From Prochlorococcus sp. AG-347-M18 (GTDB lineage Bacteria; Cyanobacteriota; Cyanobacteriia; PCC-6307; Cyanobiaceae), in contig QCCT01000007.1 of assembly GCA_003281165.1 (NCBI GenBank), forward strand, positions 4,057 to 68,056: DNA of 64,000 bases, in the 5' to 3' direction. Made by a program: the position numbers and the translations under genes. Shown here in pieces: positions 62,554 to 64,000 of this stretch (its first letter is position 1; every line of letters starts with the position of its first letter). Under the pieces are notes generated by a model. It was not told the origin of the DNA and made no database searches. It worked only from the letters and a program-made list of their open reading frames with translations.

Positions 62554-63482
62554 AAGGCAAAAATTATAAAATAGTTTCTCTTTATTCTTTCTTCCTATTT
62601 CAAGAAAACTTAATTCTTGATCTCAAAAATAAATTATTAGAAATCGAAAATGAAAACGATCTTTCAGGTTTATTAATTTTTGCAAGTGAGGGTATTAATG
62701 GAACTATTTGTGCTGAGAAAAATGTAATTGATATTGTTATCAATTTACTCAACAAATTTACAGATAATAGAAATTTAAATATGAAAGTAAATTTTTCAAA
62801 AAAGAAAATCTTCAAAAAATTAAAAATAAAAATCAAGAAAGAAATAGTTACCATGGGCATTAATGGAATAAACCCTTCACAAGATAATGGGACTTATATT
62901 GATTCAGCTGATTGGAATAAGTTAATTAAAAATCAAAATACTATAGTCATTGATACTAGAAATCATTATGAGGTTTCTATAGGGACATTTCAGAATTCTA
63001 TAAACCCAAATACGAGAAACTTTAGCGAATTCCCCAGTTGGGTAGATGATCATCTAGATAATCATCTAGAAAATAAGGAATCTAAAAATATAGCAATGTT
63101 TTGTACCGGCGGTATCAGATGTGAAAAAGCCACCAGTTTGCTTAAAAAGAAAGGTTATAAAAATATTTATCACCTAAAAGGGGGCATCCTTCAATATCTT
63201 AATGATATACCAAAAGAAGAAAACTTATTTGAAGGTGAATGTTATGTTTTTGATAAAAGAGTTGCTTTAGATCAAGAATTAGAAAAAGGCTCCTACTCGA
63301 TTTGTCATGCATGTGGAATGCCAGTTTCAATTGAAGATCAAAAAAGAAAAGAATATAGAAAGGGTATCCAATGTCATTTCTGCATAGATCAATTCAGTGA
63401 TGATGATAGGAAAAGGTTTGAAGAAAGACAAAAACAGATCGATAGATTAAAGGTGGAAAATCATAAAATTTATAAGGTCTAA
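62550..63482 (+). CDS. trhO: Rhodanese-domain tRNA U34 hydroxylase (TrhO/YceA family)
   Basis: [38 protein letters not shown]. Confidence 0.9.
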   Translation: MKGKNYKIVSLYSFFLFQENLILDLKNKLLEIENENDLSGLLIFASEGINGTICAEKNVIDIVINLLNKFTDNRNLNMKVNFSKKKIFKKLKIKIKKEIVTMGINGINPSQDNGTYIDSADWNKLIKNQNTIVIDTRNHYEVSIGTFQNSINPNTRNFSEFPSWVDDHLDNHLENKESKNIAMFCTGGIRCEKATSLLKKKGYKNIYHLKGGILQYLNDIPKEENLFEGECYVFDKRVALDQELEKGSYSICHACGMPVSIEDQKRKEYRKGIQCHFCIDQFSDDDRKRFEERQKQIDRLKVENHKIYKV

Positions 63483-63493
63483 TTTTCAAGATC

Positions 63494-63994
63494 ATGAAAG
63501 TTGAAGAATTAGAAAAATTAGCAGATACAATTGGATTATTAATTAAAATTCAAGTTAGAGAAACTCTCGGATTATGTTTCTTTAGAATCGTCATAGCAGA
63601 ACAGAAAGATAACATTATTAAGATTTGGGCCGAAATGAAAGGTTGGACTTACTTAAATAAACAAGGTATTCAGCTTGATACATTAAGAATCCTTAGTAAA
63701 GCACCTGCTTTTGTTTCGGAATTTATATGGGCAACAACGATGGCTTGGGCAATTGAAAAAAAATCAAGCAAAAAAGCGAGACTTTTAGCTATTTTTGATA
63801 GTGAAGGATATAGTAAAAAACTTGTAAGATATTTCAAGTTAATAGGCTTCAAAATTGTTAAAGAAGTTGGTTCTAGCCCAGTAGATCTTTTATTAAGATT
63901 AGTCTGGGGAGGTGCAGGTACACTCATGAACGGAGAATGTATCTCCATATTGAAAAAACTTGAAAAGAAACTCTCTTTAATTGAAGAGAGTTAA
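63494..63994 (+). CDS. Conserved hypothetical protein, possible GNAT-like fold
   Basis: 166-aa ORF; LLAIFD...KLVRYFKLIGF resembles GNAT motif B; LVWGGAG. Confidence 0.7.
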   Translation: MKVEELEKLADTIGLLIKIQVRETLGLCFFRIVIAEQKDNIIKIWAEMKGWTYLNKQGIQLDTLRILSKAPAFVSEFIWATTMAWAIEKKSSKKARLLAIFDSEGYSKKLVRYFKLIGFKIVKEVGSSPVDLLLRLVWGGAGTLMNGECISILKKLEKKLSLIEES

Positions 63995-64000
63995 CCTGCA

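Overview
AT-rich picocyanobacterial chromosome segment. Gene content and order (yfr1 between guaB and trxA, gyrA-crtL, opcA-zwf-petH, lysA-cdaA-uppS-bioB) and the many small conserved hypotheticals point to high-light Prochlorococcus marinus (inference). The first ~10 kb looks like the edge of a variable region. It holds a His-rich ZnuA-type binding protein (5'-truncated), a COG0523 metallochaperone GTPase, a WD40 protein, several Cys-rich mini-genes, and a candidate small RNA/micro-peptide transcript. It also holds a three-gene circularly permuted ATP-grasp / alpha-E / transglutaminase operon preceded by a GTA-N8-TAC (NtcA-type) box and lacking the usual proteasome-like (Anbu) partner. The remaining ~54 kb is mostly core housekeeping DNA. 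Features missed by the ORF track: petG, a 51-aa twin-CX3C protein, tRNA-Glu(UUC) and the Yfr1 ncRNA. I saw no CRISPR array, IS element, integrase or prophage gene. All calls come from reading motifs by eye; no searches were run.
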